Source: Emiliania huxleyi CCMP1516
Taxonomy: Eukaryota
DNA length: 64,000 bases
NCBI RefSeq assembly: GCF_000372725.1
Contig: NW_005201154.1
Location: 180,843 to 244,842 of the forward strand
Direction of reading: 5' to 3'
Shown here in pieces: positions 1-11,468 of this stretch. Below the pieces are notes generated by a model. It was not told the origin of the DNA and searched no databases. It worked only from the letters and a program-made list of their open reading frames with translations. Within the stretch, counting starts at the first letter, position 1; each line of letters starts with the position of its first letter. The position numbers and the translations under genes are program-made.

Positions 1-1515
1 CGTTTTTGATCTCTGGGTCAGTGGGCGCCCGCCCGCCGCCTCTGAGGGGGTCGGGCCCCCTAGACTGAAAACAAAAACAAAATGCAGAAACAGTCACAAA
101 CAGCCTGCGAGAGCGGCGCTGCGCGCCGCCTACCTCGTGCGGGTGTGAGTGACCCCAAACGGTCGTCTGCATCCAAAAACGGTCGTCTGCATCCAAAAAA
201 CAAGCACATGCACAACAACAACATGTACATGTGCATACGTCCTATGGCGCTTTGCGCTGGTCTATGAAAGGTTTGAGGTGCGAGCGCCCTGGAGGCCCTG
301 GGGATGGGGGGAGACTACCCGCGGGCCTAGAAGGCCCGCGCGCAGGGGGGGTGGGGCGGCGGAGGTGGAGGTGGCGGAGGCTCGGCGAGCACGGCTGGGA
401 GCGGCAGAGGGTTCAGGATCCGGGCAAGCGCGGATCTGAGAAGAGGGGTGGCTTTGGTTGGTCACGATCGGGACGGATGACACGTCTGCGGTCATCCTCG
501 ATTCCTGTTTGTTGAAAAAACATGTGTTGGTTGCGGCGATGGTCACGCACCCGCGCAGCGCCGGCTTTGAGCCACGCGCCTCGACCTTCAGAGGCGCGTG
601 CCCCTTCCGGCATGGCGCCGAAGGTGCCCGTCGTCGTTCGCGTCGAGCTTGGCAAGAAGCATCACCGATCGGGCCGCATGCACGAGGCGGAGGTGGCTCT
701 CTCCCTTGTCGTCAGCGACGCACTCGAGAGAGCCGAGCCGGAGATTGCTGCTGGCAAGCTCACGGCCAGCACCGTCAAGTGCTTTCGGACGACGGAGTTT
801 TCCGGCACCGTCCTCGACAACAGTCGGCATTCTGCGAGACATGTTTGGCTGCAACATCAAAGTGCTGGCGACCGCCGAGGATTCCCCTGCTACCCCCGGC
901 ATGCGTCCAAATGCGATGACGCGACTCATGCAAACCCAGGCCGAGACGCCGAGGGCGCTGCCGCCTGCGCCCGACGGCGACCGCTACGATTGCCGCCTCC
1001 TTCGCGCGCTGCTGTCGAACTTGCAGCGAGACGGCTTGAGCTTTCCAGTCCTCGATGCGAATGCCTCGGGCCAGCGCATTCTCTCTGCAATCGCGGCGGG
1101 TCTGCAATACGTGCTTCCGTTTGACGACTCCGATCCGAGCCCGCTGCGACTGGCAGGCCGCGTCCACCTCGTCGTGCCACGCCGCTTCAAGACGGAGGCG
1201 CTCAACAATGAGACTCCTTCGGAGGACCACCACGGCGCAAAGCCATTGGACTCGCGCCTCTCGGCCAAGAAGCTGCGCTCGTACGGCGAGGCCATTGCGG
1301 GCTTCATTGGCTGCGCAACGGCTCCTCCCCCCCCCCCTTCTCCGCTGAACTGCTTGCTGCTGCTGCTCGCTTTGTCCCAGGAGCCTGGTGCTTGTGTCTA
1401 ATCGTAGTGGGGGCCCTGGCCCCCCTCTGTTTTCTGTTTTCTGTTTTTCAAAACGCCCGCCCGCCCGCCACCCCGAGGTGGCTCGGCCCCCCACTGACCC
1501 AGAGATCAAAAAACG
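1..1515. mobile_element. TIR-bounded non-autonomous DNA element (left end may extend beyond the window) holding a frameshifted ORF at ~612-1401
   Basis: 1-24 cgtttttgatctctgggtcagtgg is the reverse complement of 1491-1515 (one extra A in the run). Similar A-rich/T-rich tracts lie inside both ends. TSD cannot be checked. Confidence 0.55.
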
Positions 1516-2056
1516 TCGGCCCGGGCGTGGGTATGTGGCCATCATGTCCTCCACATCAAAGAGCCGCTCGACCTCGAGCCTCCTCTCAGCGACCCCAAAG
1601 GAGAGCTCAAGGAACAAAGTTGCGTGTGCGAGCGCAGCTCTGTGGCGTCGCACCGTTGATTGAGAGATCCAAAGCGGATATCGCGGCAACCGCCAACCCC
1701 CGTCTACGAAAATGCAACGTTTGCACGTCCCTCGCAGTCGCGCACACACACCGCACACTTTCACAACTGCTCTCCTACACACGTGCTGTAGAGCCGTACT
1801 GGTCATCGGGTACAGACCATGCCGCGGCTGAGCGCCCGGGCACAAGAGGAGGGCGCAAGGGGAGGGGAGGGCAACGCGGGGAGGAGCGTCACAACGCAGC
1901 AGTGGCTGCTGCGCCGAGACGAGAGCGGAGGGCAGTAAGGGCGTCTGCGCCCTTACCGGGAAGAGGGCGACAGAGGGGGGAGGGAGGGGAGGGAGGGGAG
2001 GCGAGAGCGAGAGCGAGGGAGAGCTCGCCGGCGTCGCCTCCGCCGGTCGCGGGAGC

Positions 2057-3856
2057 TCACTTGTACTTCGACTTTGCGACCGAATAGAGGAAGGTGCCGG
2101 CGACGGCGATGGCGGATCCGGCGGCGCCGATGGGGGTGAGCTTGTTGCCGAAGACGAGGACGGTGGCGAGGATGATGCAGACGCGCTTGATCGTGTTTGC
2201 GATCGAGTGCGTGATCGGTGAGACCTGGTCCAGCGCGATGAAGGCAACCTGCCGGTGGGGGAGGGGGGAGGGGCGGGGGGGTGTTGAGGAGGGGGGGGGA
2301 GGTTGAGGGCCCTGTTGTGGTAGAAGCTCGTCCCGGCTCCCCTCGGCTCCCCTCGGCTCCCCTCGGCTCCTCTCCTGTATCCCGGCTACTCTGTGGCGCC
2401 TCGTTGTAGAGGTAGTAGTAGAGTCCGTCCAGGGCCATCTGGCGGGTGAGCCAGAAGGAGCCGACCTTTGCCGTGGAGGCGGCCCACTGGGAGGCGAAGG
2501 AGGCTCCCTCGTAGTAGACGGCGAAGGGGAGGGAGAGGATGAAGGCGATGATGGTGAGGACGCCGTACAGGTTGGGCGCGTTCATGTTCTCCCCGACCGG
2601 CTTGTCCATCGTCTTCTTGGAGAGGACCTGGCGGGGGCGCAGAGGGGGGGAGGACTGCGTCACAAGGCACCGCCCCGACGGCCTGCCGCCCGCACTCGCC
2701 CTCTGTGGCGGCCACTAGTTCTCGGCGGAAGTCGGCTGTCGCGGCTAGATGTCGCGGCTAGATGTCGCGGCTAGATGTTGGCTATTTGTCGGCCAGGTGT
2801 CGGGGAGGTGTCGGGGAGGTGTCGGCTAGATGTCAGCTAGATGTCAGCGGTCACCGCGCGGGAGGCGAAGGCGACGTTGGAGGTGAGGGCGCCGTACAGG
2901 GCCTTCATGGTGAAGGAGAGCTCCTTGAGCGACGCGAGCGAGACGCCGACGATGATGGGCAGCAGCGAGGCGTACACTTGCCACTTGAAGACTGTGCCGA
3001 GCACAAAGAAAGACAGCGCGCAGGTGAAGAGCGGCTCGGCGGCCTTGACGGTCTGGGCGAAGGAGACGGCGCCGGCGCCGAGCGCGATCACCGCGCCGGC
3101 GTGGCCGAGGGCGTGCGCCGCGCCGATGGGGAGGAGGGTCTTCCAGCCGTCCATGCCTGTGAGGCACGGGCCGGACGCGTCATGGACGTGGCACGGCGAC
3201 AGCCCCGGTCTTCCCGCCCATCCTCGCCGATCTTAGGAGGCTTGCGGATGCCGGTGCCCCAGAGGAAGAGGACCCACGGGATGCCGACGAAGAGCGAGAC
3301 CACCGTCATCGTCCACGGCATCGGGAACGCGTTCTGGCACCGCTTGTTGGTGATGTTGTACATCACGTTGAGAAAGTACCACGAAAAGAAGAGGAAGCCT
3401 TGCGGCAAGGGGGGGGGGGGGGGGGGGGCGGAGGCGTGTGCGTCGAGGGGCAGTGCGGGGGCGCGCGAGCCCGACGGGCGCCGAGGGCGGGCTGTCACCT
3501 CGCGGTGTGGCCCGCGGTGTAGTGAGTGGGTGGGGCTGCGGTGCCGGGTGCCGGGAAGAGGGGGGGCGCGGGCGGGCGGGCGCACCAAGCTTGGCCTTGT
3601 CGACGAGGGCCTGAGGGGCGCTGATCTTGCCAGCCTCCCACGACAGGAGCGTGCACTCCTCGACCTCCTCGCCCGTCTCGATGCACAGCTCCTCCGCGGG
3701 CGGGGCAGCGGCGGCCTCCGCCTCCTGCATCAGCGCGAACGGCGCACGGCGCAGTACGGGCGCCGCCGCGACCGGGCGAAGCGGCGAATAGGCGCCGCGG
3801 AGGGGAGCGTGCATCGGCGCGAGGGCCGCGCTGGCGTGAAGGAGGGAGAGCATCAT
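2057..3856 (-). CDS. Plastid triose-phosphate/PEP:phosphate translocator family protein, multi-exon
   Basis: Exons encode FFSWYFLNVMYNITNK, AHALGHAGAVIALGAGAVSFAQTVKAAEPLF, LYYYLYNE and an end at GTFLYSVAKSKYK*. The N-terminus resembles a signal plus transit peptide. First intron is GT at 3585 to AG at 3399. Confidence 0.92.
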
Positions 3857-4950
3857 GTTGCAGAGGAGGAGGACCTGCGGCGGGTGGCGTAAAGTACGGT
3901 GGCGGGGAGGCGCCCCTGCTCACTCCTGGGCGCATGGGCGCGAGCTGCGCGGAGCGTGTGTGGGCTGTGGCGCAGCGCGTAGCGCGCTCTCTCCGCCCGG
4001 GCGACGTGGCTCAAAGCTGTGTCTCACTGTGTCACGATTACCTCTGAGGGCGGCCAGTCGACAGCGTCTGCGTGTAATCGATGGTACGAGAGTGTTTGGG
4101 AAGCGTTAAAAGACGTGGCAGTTGTACGGCGATCTCCGATTCATAGCTCCGCGGACCCCCTCCTGTGGGCCCGACTTCATCGACACGGACCTCTCCCTCT
4201 GGAAGGGCTCCCTCCTGCGGCAGCCTCGAGCTGGTGGCGTGCGACGGCGACTCTGGCGGAACGTGCAGCGGCGGTGACTACCGGTACAGCTCCATCATCG
4301 CGGACTCGGGGCCGGTGCTTCGACGCAGCACAGCTGGTGTGTGTGCTTCGTGATAGCATGAACTCAGAACGGCCCCCCGAGAGCGCCTCTTCGACGCCCA
4401 CGGGTCCCGGGGGGTCGGAGGGGTTGCGGAGGGCCCCGGCTATTTTTTGTTTGAATCCCGGAGGCCGTTCGAACGTGTAACGTGCGTTCCTCGTGCCCGT
4501 CCCCAGCAAGGACAACATGCTAGCCCAGCAGGCCGCTCCCACCGCCGCCCGCGGCGGAGGCAAGGCGGCAAAGGGTGGCAAGGGCGGCGGCAAGGGCGGT
4601 GGCAAGGGTGGTGGCCGTGGCGCACCAGATCCGCTTTGCGCCGCCGCCCTCAACGCCCGATATACTCGGTTAGAGCCGGCGGAGCGACGGCGGCAGAGTT
4701 GCGGCCGCCGGCGACCTCACACGGCGACCTCACGCAAGACTCTGGACCCTCGAGCTGCCTGAATGAAAGGGCCCCTCCCCTGCACATATACGGCTTGTTG
4801 TGCGAGTATATATATTTGTGTCCATGCTGGAGCGTAAGCCTGGGGGTGAAGGGCATGTTCAATCGAAGACTCACTCAACTCTCAAGTCACAAGTGTCGTA
4901 CACTGACTTATTCACTTATTACTAACTAACGGTCGTACCACAGCCGTCTC

Positions 4951-6066
4951 TCAAAAGTCAAATGTATGCCCAGTGTCCCCCAACCAGAAGTAGCAGCCTC
5001 CATCATTGCACGTGGGCGAGAGGACGCCGGGCACCACCGCGAAGAGGCGGAAAAAGGTGTGGACGGGCGCGATGCCGCTTGGTGGCATGCTCGCAGCGGT
5101 GCTTGAGGATGGCGACGCTGAGACAATGGCCACAAACGGTAGCCCGCGCGCCATTTCGAAGGGGACGCATCCCGTCGCTTTGCGATAGAAGACGCCGTCG
5201 ATCTCCTCCGTCCCAGGAAGGCGCTCGCTCAGATCCGATGTGCGTTTGAAGTGGCACACGCGTCTTGCGCCGCTTGCAGCCTCGTGCTTGGCTAGCCCAT
5301 GCAGGCCAAGCGCGTGCTTGGTGGCGACACGCAGCGCTGGGCTCAGGCCCGCCTCAGCAAGGCCGAGGCTGCGAGCACTCGCATTGATGTAGAGCGCCAT
5401 CTCGTCGACGTAGTGCTCGTGCGTATGCAAGTAAGACCACGCGAGGGGAGGTGCGTTCACGAGGAAACGCCCTTCGCGAAAGAAGGCGCTCGTCTGATTC
5501 GACGGCACCCCATAAGTCCCGGGGTAGCCAGGGTGACGAATTGGCAATGGTTGCACGACGAGCCTGAGCTGCGTCAGCGCCTGCAGTTTTTCTCCCTGTG
5601 AAGTTAGCCTCCTCGAACTCTGCGATTCAGTGGCCACTGGCCTTTGGGCTGCGGCGACTGGGAGCGGTTCAGATGTCGCGGGCTCAGATGTCGGGGGGGG
5701 GGCGTGCCGTATGCTCTTGAGCGCGATCACCGCCCAGTGCGTCAGAGGTGGGCTTCCCGCAGTGCGCACGTCATTGATATCGCAGTCGACACTGAGAGGC
5801 GTTGTCACCCACTGCACGTGCCCAGGTGCGTGGCGACGCACGAGGCACGCCACGCCTCCATTATGGGCGTGACACTGGTCATCGCCATGTGTTATGAGCC
5901 CGCCAGCAAACCAGTCGGCCTTGTGCTCTTCAACATGAAAGTGGTGCTGGTGCAACGGAGGGTATGGCAGCAGCTTGCCCTCAGTGGACGTTGAGCCTAA
6001 AAAGTACTCGCTTATTGCGAGGCGGGTACCCGGCGCGTGCCGCGAATGGAGCGCGGGTAGCTGCAC
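4951..6066 (-). CDS. Hypothetical protein with His-rich motifs (YPPLHQHHFH, HGDDQC, YLHTHEHY); start uncertain
   Basis: 371-aa ORF with protein-like composition; family not recognised. Confidence 0.5.
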   Translation of the reverse strand: MQLPALHSRHAPGTRLAISEYFLGSTSTEGKLLPYPPLHQHHFHVEEHKADWFAGGLITHGDDQCHAHNGGVACLVRRHAPGHVQWVTTPLSVDCDINDVRTAGSPPLTHWAVIALKSIRHAPPPTSEPATSEPLPVAAAQRPVATESQSSRRLTSQGEKLQALTQLRLVVQPLPIRHPGYPGTYGVPSNQTSAFFREGRFLVNAPPLAWSYLHTHEHYVDEMALYINASARSLGLAEAGLSPALRVATKHALGLHGLAKHEAASGARRVCHFKRTSDLSERLPGTEEIDGVFYRKATGCVPFEMARGLPFVAIVSASPSSSTAASMPPSGIAPVHTFFRLFAVVPGVLSPTCNDGGCYFWLGDTGHTFDF

Positions 6067-8216
6067 CTGTCAAAAGAAAAAAAATGGGAAGGAGGAGACC
6101 AGCGGGGGAGACTCCCCGCCTATGCAACACCCCAGAGAGGGGCTGCCATCGCCGAAGCTGTGCCTAAGCATAACTCCCAAACCCGCAGCGGCCCGGGGGG
6201 CCTTGGTTGGGGGCAGCCTGCCGGACCGTTTGTTGCACGGGGCTAAGCACCGGAAGATGAGTGTAGTTGATGGATCGGGCTGTCGACCGTGCCTCCCCTC
6301 TTTTCGCCAGAGTGGGACCTACGCCGCGCCGGGTAGGGGGCGCGCCCGGTCCTCGACGGAGCCGCGCGCCCCAAACGACCCAGGCGGCGAGTAGTCGTCG
6401 TCGAACCTTCGGCACGTAGTCGCCCGTGGTCAGCGCCCTTCCTCCCCCGCCCGTCCCTATTCGTATTGCACCCGAGGCGCCCGTGGCATCTCGCTGCCCT
6501 TGGAGCACTTGGAGTGCAGTCATTAACCGCACATCCAGGGCCGGGGAGCTCAGAAGCGCACCCAGCGGGCCGGATGATTGGCATCGGGTTGCGGGCAAGA
6601 GAGCCCTAGCCCCGGGGGTGCGCGTTCGCAGGGCAAGGGCCTTAAAGTAAACACAGTTCTCCGAGAGGGCTCCGTGTACCGGGTTTCCCCTTAACTGCAG
6701 AACGCCCCCTCTACTCGGAGCTAGTGGACACGGACACTACGACACCACCCGTCACGTACACACACGACTGTCTAACTGCCCATCTAAATTCTTTCTTTGA
6801 ATTCTTTCCCTCAGAGAGGCCTGGGGTGTAAGAATTCTTTGCCTCGGTGAGCCTGTGTGTGTGCCAGTCCGCGCCAGTCCGCGCCCTTGTCGTGCCAGTG
6901 TGCTGTGAGAGAGGCTTGTATTTAAGGTGGCAGTCCGGGTTCTGTGAAGAGGGTCGCTCGGGTCGAAAGCGAGCCAGTTCGCTCGCGACGCCGACGCCGA
7001 CGCCGCCGCCGGAACGACCGCGGCGGCCGGTCGAGCGGCCGCCCCGGCCAGCGGCCGTATCGAGCCTGCCCGTCGCGAAGGTGTGGACCTCACGCGCCCC
7101 ACCGGCCGCCCGCGCCGCCGCGCCCACGTCGCTCTCTCGAAGCCGAGCGCCACGCCGCTACGACTCCCATCGCGACGACTCCCGTGCTCGCTCCTGGCGC
7201 AGGCGATCGACTCCTGACACCCATCGAGCGGATGGGCGCGTTCCCGCCGCGACCCGGTACTCTCGAACGACTTTTGAGGGCAAAAGGTGCCGCTCGAGCC
7301 CATTCCCGCCGCCCGCCGCCCGAGATCAGCTGCCACCGGCCAGCGCGCGCGCGGAGACCTGCCGCGAGCGCCTCCGTGGCCCTAGCTGGGGTGATTAGCA
7401 AGCGCCTCGGCACTTTAGATTCGCCCCTCGGGCTTTTCCGCGCGCGTGATCAGTCTCGCGTTCTCTCCTTTTTCAGGCGCCTGTTTTCGGCCTCTGAAGA
7501 GCAACCGTCGAGGCGTCGATGCTCGCCTCCACGCCCGCGCCAGACCTCCGCGATTGGGGCGCCTTGTCGACGGGATCAATTGTGATTCCGGGCGCATTTT
7601 TCTGGCATTTAACTCGCACGTCGGCGACTCTTAGTCGCTTCTCCGTGCTAGGAGGCCTCTGTTTTGTGTCCGTGAGGACTAGATCGAAACTAACATTTCG
7701 GCACATTTCAGTTAAATACCAGAAAAATGCGCGTTCACTCACAATTCATGTGTATATGAACGGTGCCGACGGGTTTGGCGAGCATCGAAGCCGTCCAGGC
7801 GCAGCAACGCGACGGTTTCGGAGGCCGACGGCTCCGAAAGAGCCTCCCGAGCGAGGCCGGCGCGGTCACGGTACCATGGAGGCCACAGACGTCGCCGGAG
7901 CGGCACTCCCGGGGCGCCACTCCCTCACCCGGTCAGGGGGGGCCAACCACAGCCCGCCTCACCGTCCGTGGAGCTTCCGTGGTCCGCCGCTTCGGCTTCG
8001 ATTTTCGACCCTCCCGAGGCTGCTAGAGCAGCCCCGCGGAGCCTCCCGGATGCACCAGCACACCGTCGTCCAGAACGCCGGCGCACGCGCTGCCCAGTGA
8101 CTGGGCGGGTCGGCCCCGACTAGGGGCGGGCCCAGCCGCGCGGAGAAGACCATCCCACTCGCGGTTCGTCGCACCGTCCGCTCCGGTTTTCGTCTCGAGC
8201 GGGTCGTGAGACGGCC

Positions 8217-9440
8217 CAGGGCTGGTGGACTAACATGAGCACACCTCAGGGGCAGCACTGACTACAGATCGTGCCAACACTTGGCGCAAAGGTCGGTGTT
8301 AGCACAGTCGAACGGCAGTCCCAAAACAAGCGTTAGCACAGCCGTTGACACGTGTGGCACACCCTCCGGGTAAAACCCGGGTATACCTGCAAAAAACCAG
8401 GTATACCCGAGAAATACCTGGGTCCGCGTCAATGCCGCGCGCCCCCTACTCCCAGGGCCACTGCGCCAACTGCGGCGCGCACCGCCTGCTCAAGTACGCG
8501 CACCGCACCATGTGCGCTCGCTATCGGTGCCAAAAGGCAGCATCGGCGCTGCGCCAGGCACGGCTTGCAGGTGGCGGTGCGGACGATGCGGTCGTGCCGA
8601 CATTCTGCTTCAAGATTGAGGCGGTGCTCGGCATGCGCTTCTGCGAGCCCGAGCAACTCATCGCAAAGAAGCGGCGCAACAGGCTGGCTGCTGCCGACAA
8701 GGCCGTGTGCTGCCTCACGCGAGGCACCTTCAAAGAGGACAGCAATGACGCTGGATTCACCGACACGCGCTGGGTGGAGCTCGAGGAGCTGTACGAGAAC
8801 TGTGGCAAGACGCCGCTGAAGAATGCGCTCAAGAAGCACCGAAAGGCGGAAGAGGAGGATGTGGATGCAGCGATTGCCGACTTTGAGGAGGGCGTCGAGC
8901 ACGAGGGATAATAATAAATAGGCGCATTTGGGATGGCTGGGGACGCCCATGGGACATGTTCGCAATCGCAGCTGCGCGGGTGTGAAGTGAATATGCTAGA
9001 TGCGCGTTCTTTACACACTAAAACAAATGGCAGCAACAGCCCCTCCCCTCCCCAGACAGGCGGGCCCAAGGTAGATGAGTCACGCACGCAACGAGACGAG
9101 CGCGCCGTACACCAACCCCGACACTAGAGGCAGTCCTCCGCCTTGTGCTCATACTTGATGTACAGCACAACCACAAGCACGCGGCCCATCGTTGCCGTTC
9201 ATCGCGCTGCGGCCAGTCTCAGCACCGCCCAGCGAGCGCGTGGGCGTGTGGCCGCGTGACAACTCTGGACTCTTGGTGTTGCGCTCCTTCAAAGAATTCG
9301 CGCCAGCCCCCCCCCCCCCCCCTAGACGGAGCGTGTCAACACCTTCCGAGTGGCGGTGTTAACACGTTCTAACACCTCTGCGGCTGTGGTGTTAACCGTT
9401 AACGTGCCAACACCGTTCTAACATTAGTCCACCAGCCCTG
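8217..9440. mobile_element. hAT-like non-autonomous element carrying an ORF
   Basis: 17-bp TIR CAGGGCTGGTGGACTAA (8217-8233 / 9424-9440). 8-bp TSD AGACGGCC (8209-8216, 9441-9448). Empty site visible at ~23189-23196. AACAC-type subterminal repeats. Confidence 0.92.
8432..8911 (+). CDS. 159-aa cargo protein: Cys4 zinc-finger-like N-terminus, chromodomain-like segment, acidic tail
   Basis: Intact intronless ORF. CANC-x13-C-x4-C, then FKIEAVLGMR...DTRWVELEELYENC. Domain call is by eye. Confidence 0.6.
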   Translation: MPRAPYSQGHCANCGAHRLLKYAHRTMCARYRCQKAASALRQARLAGGGADDAVVPTFCFKIEAVLGMRFCEPEQLIAKKRRNRLAAADKAVCCLTRGTFKEDSNDAGFTDTRWVELEELYENCGKTPLKNALKKHRKAEEEDVDAAIADFEEGVEHEG

Positions 9441-9651
9441 AGACGGCCGCGAGAGCGAGCACCGCGGTCACGGTACCGTGGAGGCCACAGACGTCGCCGG
9501 AGCGGCACTCCCGGGGCGCCACTCCCTCGCCCGGTCAGGGGGGGCCAACCACAGCCCGCCTCACCGTCCGTGGAGCTTCCGTGGTCCGCCGCTCCGGCTT
9601 CGATTTTCGACCCTCCCGAGGCTGCTAGAGCAGCCCCGCGGAGCCTCCCGG

Positions 9652-10693
9652 TAGGGTGCCCACAGGACCCAAAAGAAAATAGCTTTCCGCCTCAAAAAGG
9701 GACGCACGAGGCAAATCTGATGTTGGAGTGTTCCAATAGGAGCGAGGCCTCTTCCGTTGGGGGACCGAGCACATAGGAAACGAGGGTTTCCCATTGTGAC
9801 CCGCTCCAGTGCGAGCGTGACACTGCACTTGGCGCCGAGCGCCCGCGGCTCAGACCTTGTGCAAGCCACCCCTCGGTGGGCACGCCGGTCCGGACCGATG
9901 GCGCTCGGTGTGGAGCAAGCAAGACCCCCCCCCCCCCCCCATCGGCGCGCGCTCGCCATTCCAACGGCCGCCAGGAGCACCAAGAGGACTCCTCATGGCT
10001 GTGCCCAAGTGGGCTTCGACCGGCCTCGGCTGGGGGGGCGGGTTGTCCCGGTTGCGGACGCGTTCTGCAGCCCCCTGGGCGTGGGTCAGCACCCCAAAAC
10101 TGCCCCTCGGCGGCATACAGCACTGCCAGCCAGCCTCTTCCTCCTCCTCAAGGGCTGTACTATAGGCCATATTGCGCCGCCTCCTACTGGCAGCCGGGCG
10201 GGCGCGCGCCGCGGGCGCCTCGGCGCGCGCACGGCTCGCAAAGTTCGAACGAGTACTGCCGCCCGGCCGCCTCAAGACTGCCGGACGGCAGTACTCGCCT
10301 CGCAAGGCGCGTACCGGCTGCTCTGGCTGCTGCGCCGGCGGCCGCTGCGCTGGCCGCTGCTGCGCCGGGTGGCGGGCGGTACGGCCGCCGGCGGCCGCTG
10401 CACCCGCGCCTTCCCTCGCGGGCGCCGGCGCGCCGCGCGCGCCCAACTCTGCTGGTACACGGCACGCGTCGTCACACAGCCGCGGAGAACAGGCGGTGCT
10501 GTGCGCGAAGCGCGCGCGATCTCGTACTTTTAAGGCTGGATCCGGCCATTCCAAGGGTATACCTTTGAGAATCCCCAGCGTCCCTCCCTCCTAGTCACAC
10601 TCTCAATATCTCGACTCTCCAACATGAAGTGCTGCGATCGGGAGTGCCCCATTTCTTTTTTCCTTTCTTTTTTTGGGTCCTGTGGGCACCCTA
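9652..10693. mobile_element. hAT-like non-autonomous element (about 1.04 kb)
   Basis: 23-bp TIR TAGGGTGCCCACAGGACCCAAAA. Flanking direct repeat CTCCCGG (9645-9651, 10694-10700). Empty site at ~23393-23399. Confidence 0.9.
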
Positions 10694-11468
10694 CTCCCGG
10701 ATGCATCGGCACACCGTCGTCCAGAACGCCGGCGCACGCGCTGCCCAGTGACTGGGCGGGTCGGCCCCGACTAGGGGCGGGCCCAGCCGCGCGGAGAAGG
10801 CCAGCGAGCTCGAAACACGTCGCCGCGGCCGGCCGTTTCGCAAGCCTGAGAGGGTCGCCAGACACCCGCGAGAGCCAGCAGCTAGAGCGCCGTCGTAGCG
10901 CAGATCGAGTCGAGGAGCTTGATGTCCACGGTAGCAGTTGTGGAGAGCGGTGGCACGGTGCGTGTAGACGCGTCGATTGAGGGCTCCCTTTCCAAACGCG
11001 ACGGGTACGGCATGACAACTGCCAGTACAGTTTTACGCCGGCCAGCGTGAGAGCACAACAGGGAGCCGGCGACCCGTACGCTTTGCGCGTGGCGACTGGT
11101 GGCTGTCTGGAGCTCGTGTGAGCTGGGCCGACGCGTGGCCGAGCCGAGAGGACCAGCGAGCGACCACGTTGGCGATGAAGCTTGGCGGCCGGCGCCTCGT
11201 CGCCAGACGTCACAGCGGCATGGACGTAGGAGTGTGCGGCGACGGTTACCGGCAAATCCGGCCCAGTGTGGCCGGCAGCTGCCTAGCGCTGGCCTGTGGC
11301 CGGCGCCGCGGTGGCGGATAAGGCGTCTCGCCGCCGTGGCGGCGGTCGGCAGGTGCGAGCGTGATGCCATCTTGCGAGACGACACCCGTCTCGCAAAACC
11401 CGGACTGCTGTCCTGAAGAATTCTTTGCCTCGCGGTTTTTGCCCTGCTCGCTGTGCGCGCACCCGAAA

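Larger units (their letters stand above)
6926..11408. mobile_element. Kolobok-like TTAA element, copy 1, interrupted by two nested insertions; right terminus lacks its last 4 bp
   Basis: Near-identical to 21908-24112 once 8217-9448 and 9652-10700 are removed. TTAA at 6922-6925 precedes the TIR GGTGGCAGTCCGGGTT. Confidence 0.88.

Noticed and set aside
4500..4660. GGKGGGKGGG stretch reminiscent of a retroelement gag tail
   Set aside because: Too short, with no adjacent zinc knuckle or pol motifs.
6926..11408. Many 100-260 aa ORFs in the Kolobok-like copies
   Set aside because: GC-driven shadow ORFs rich in R/P/A with no transposase motifs; only 8432-8911 looks genuine.
6829..11433. 17-bp match AAGAATTCTTTGCCTCG on both sides of Kolobok-like copy 1
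   Set aside because: Not adjacent to the termini, so not a TSD; possibly a repair scar, but unsupported.
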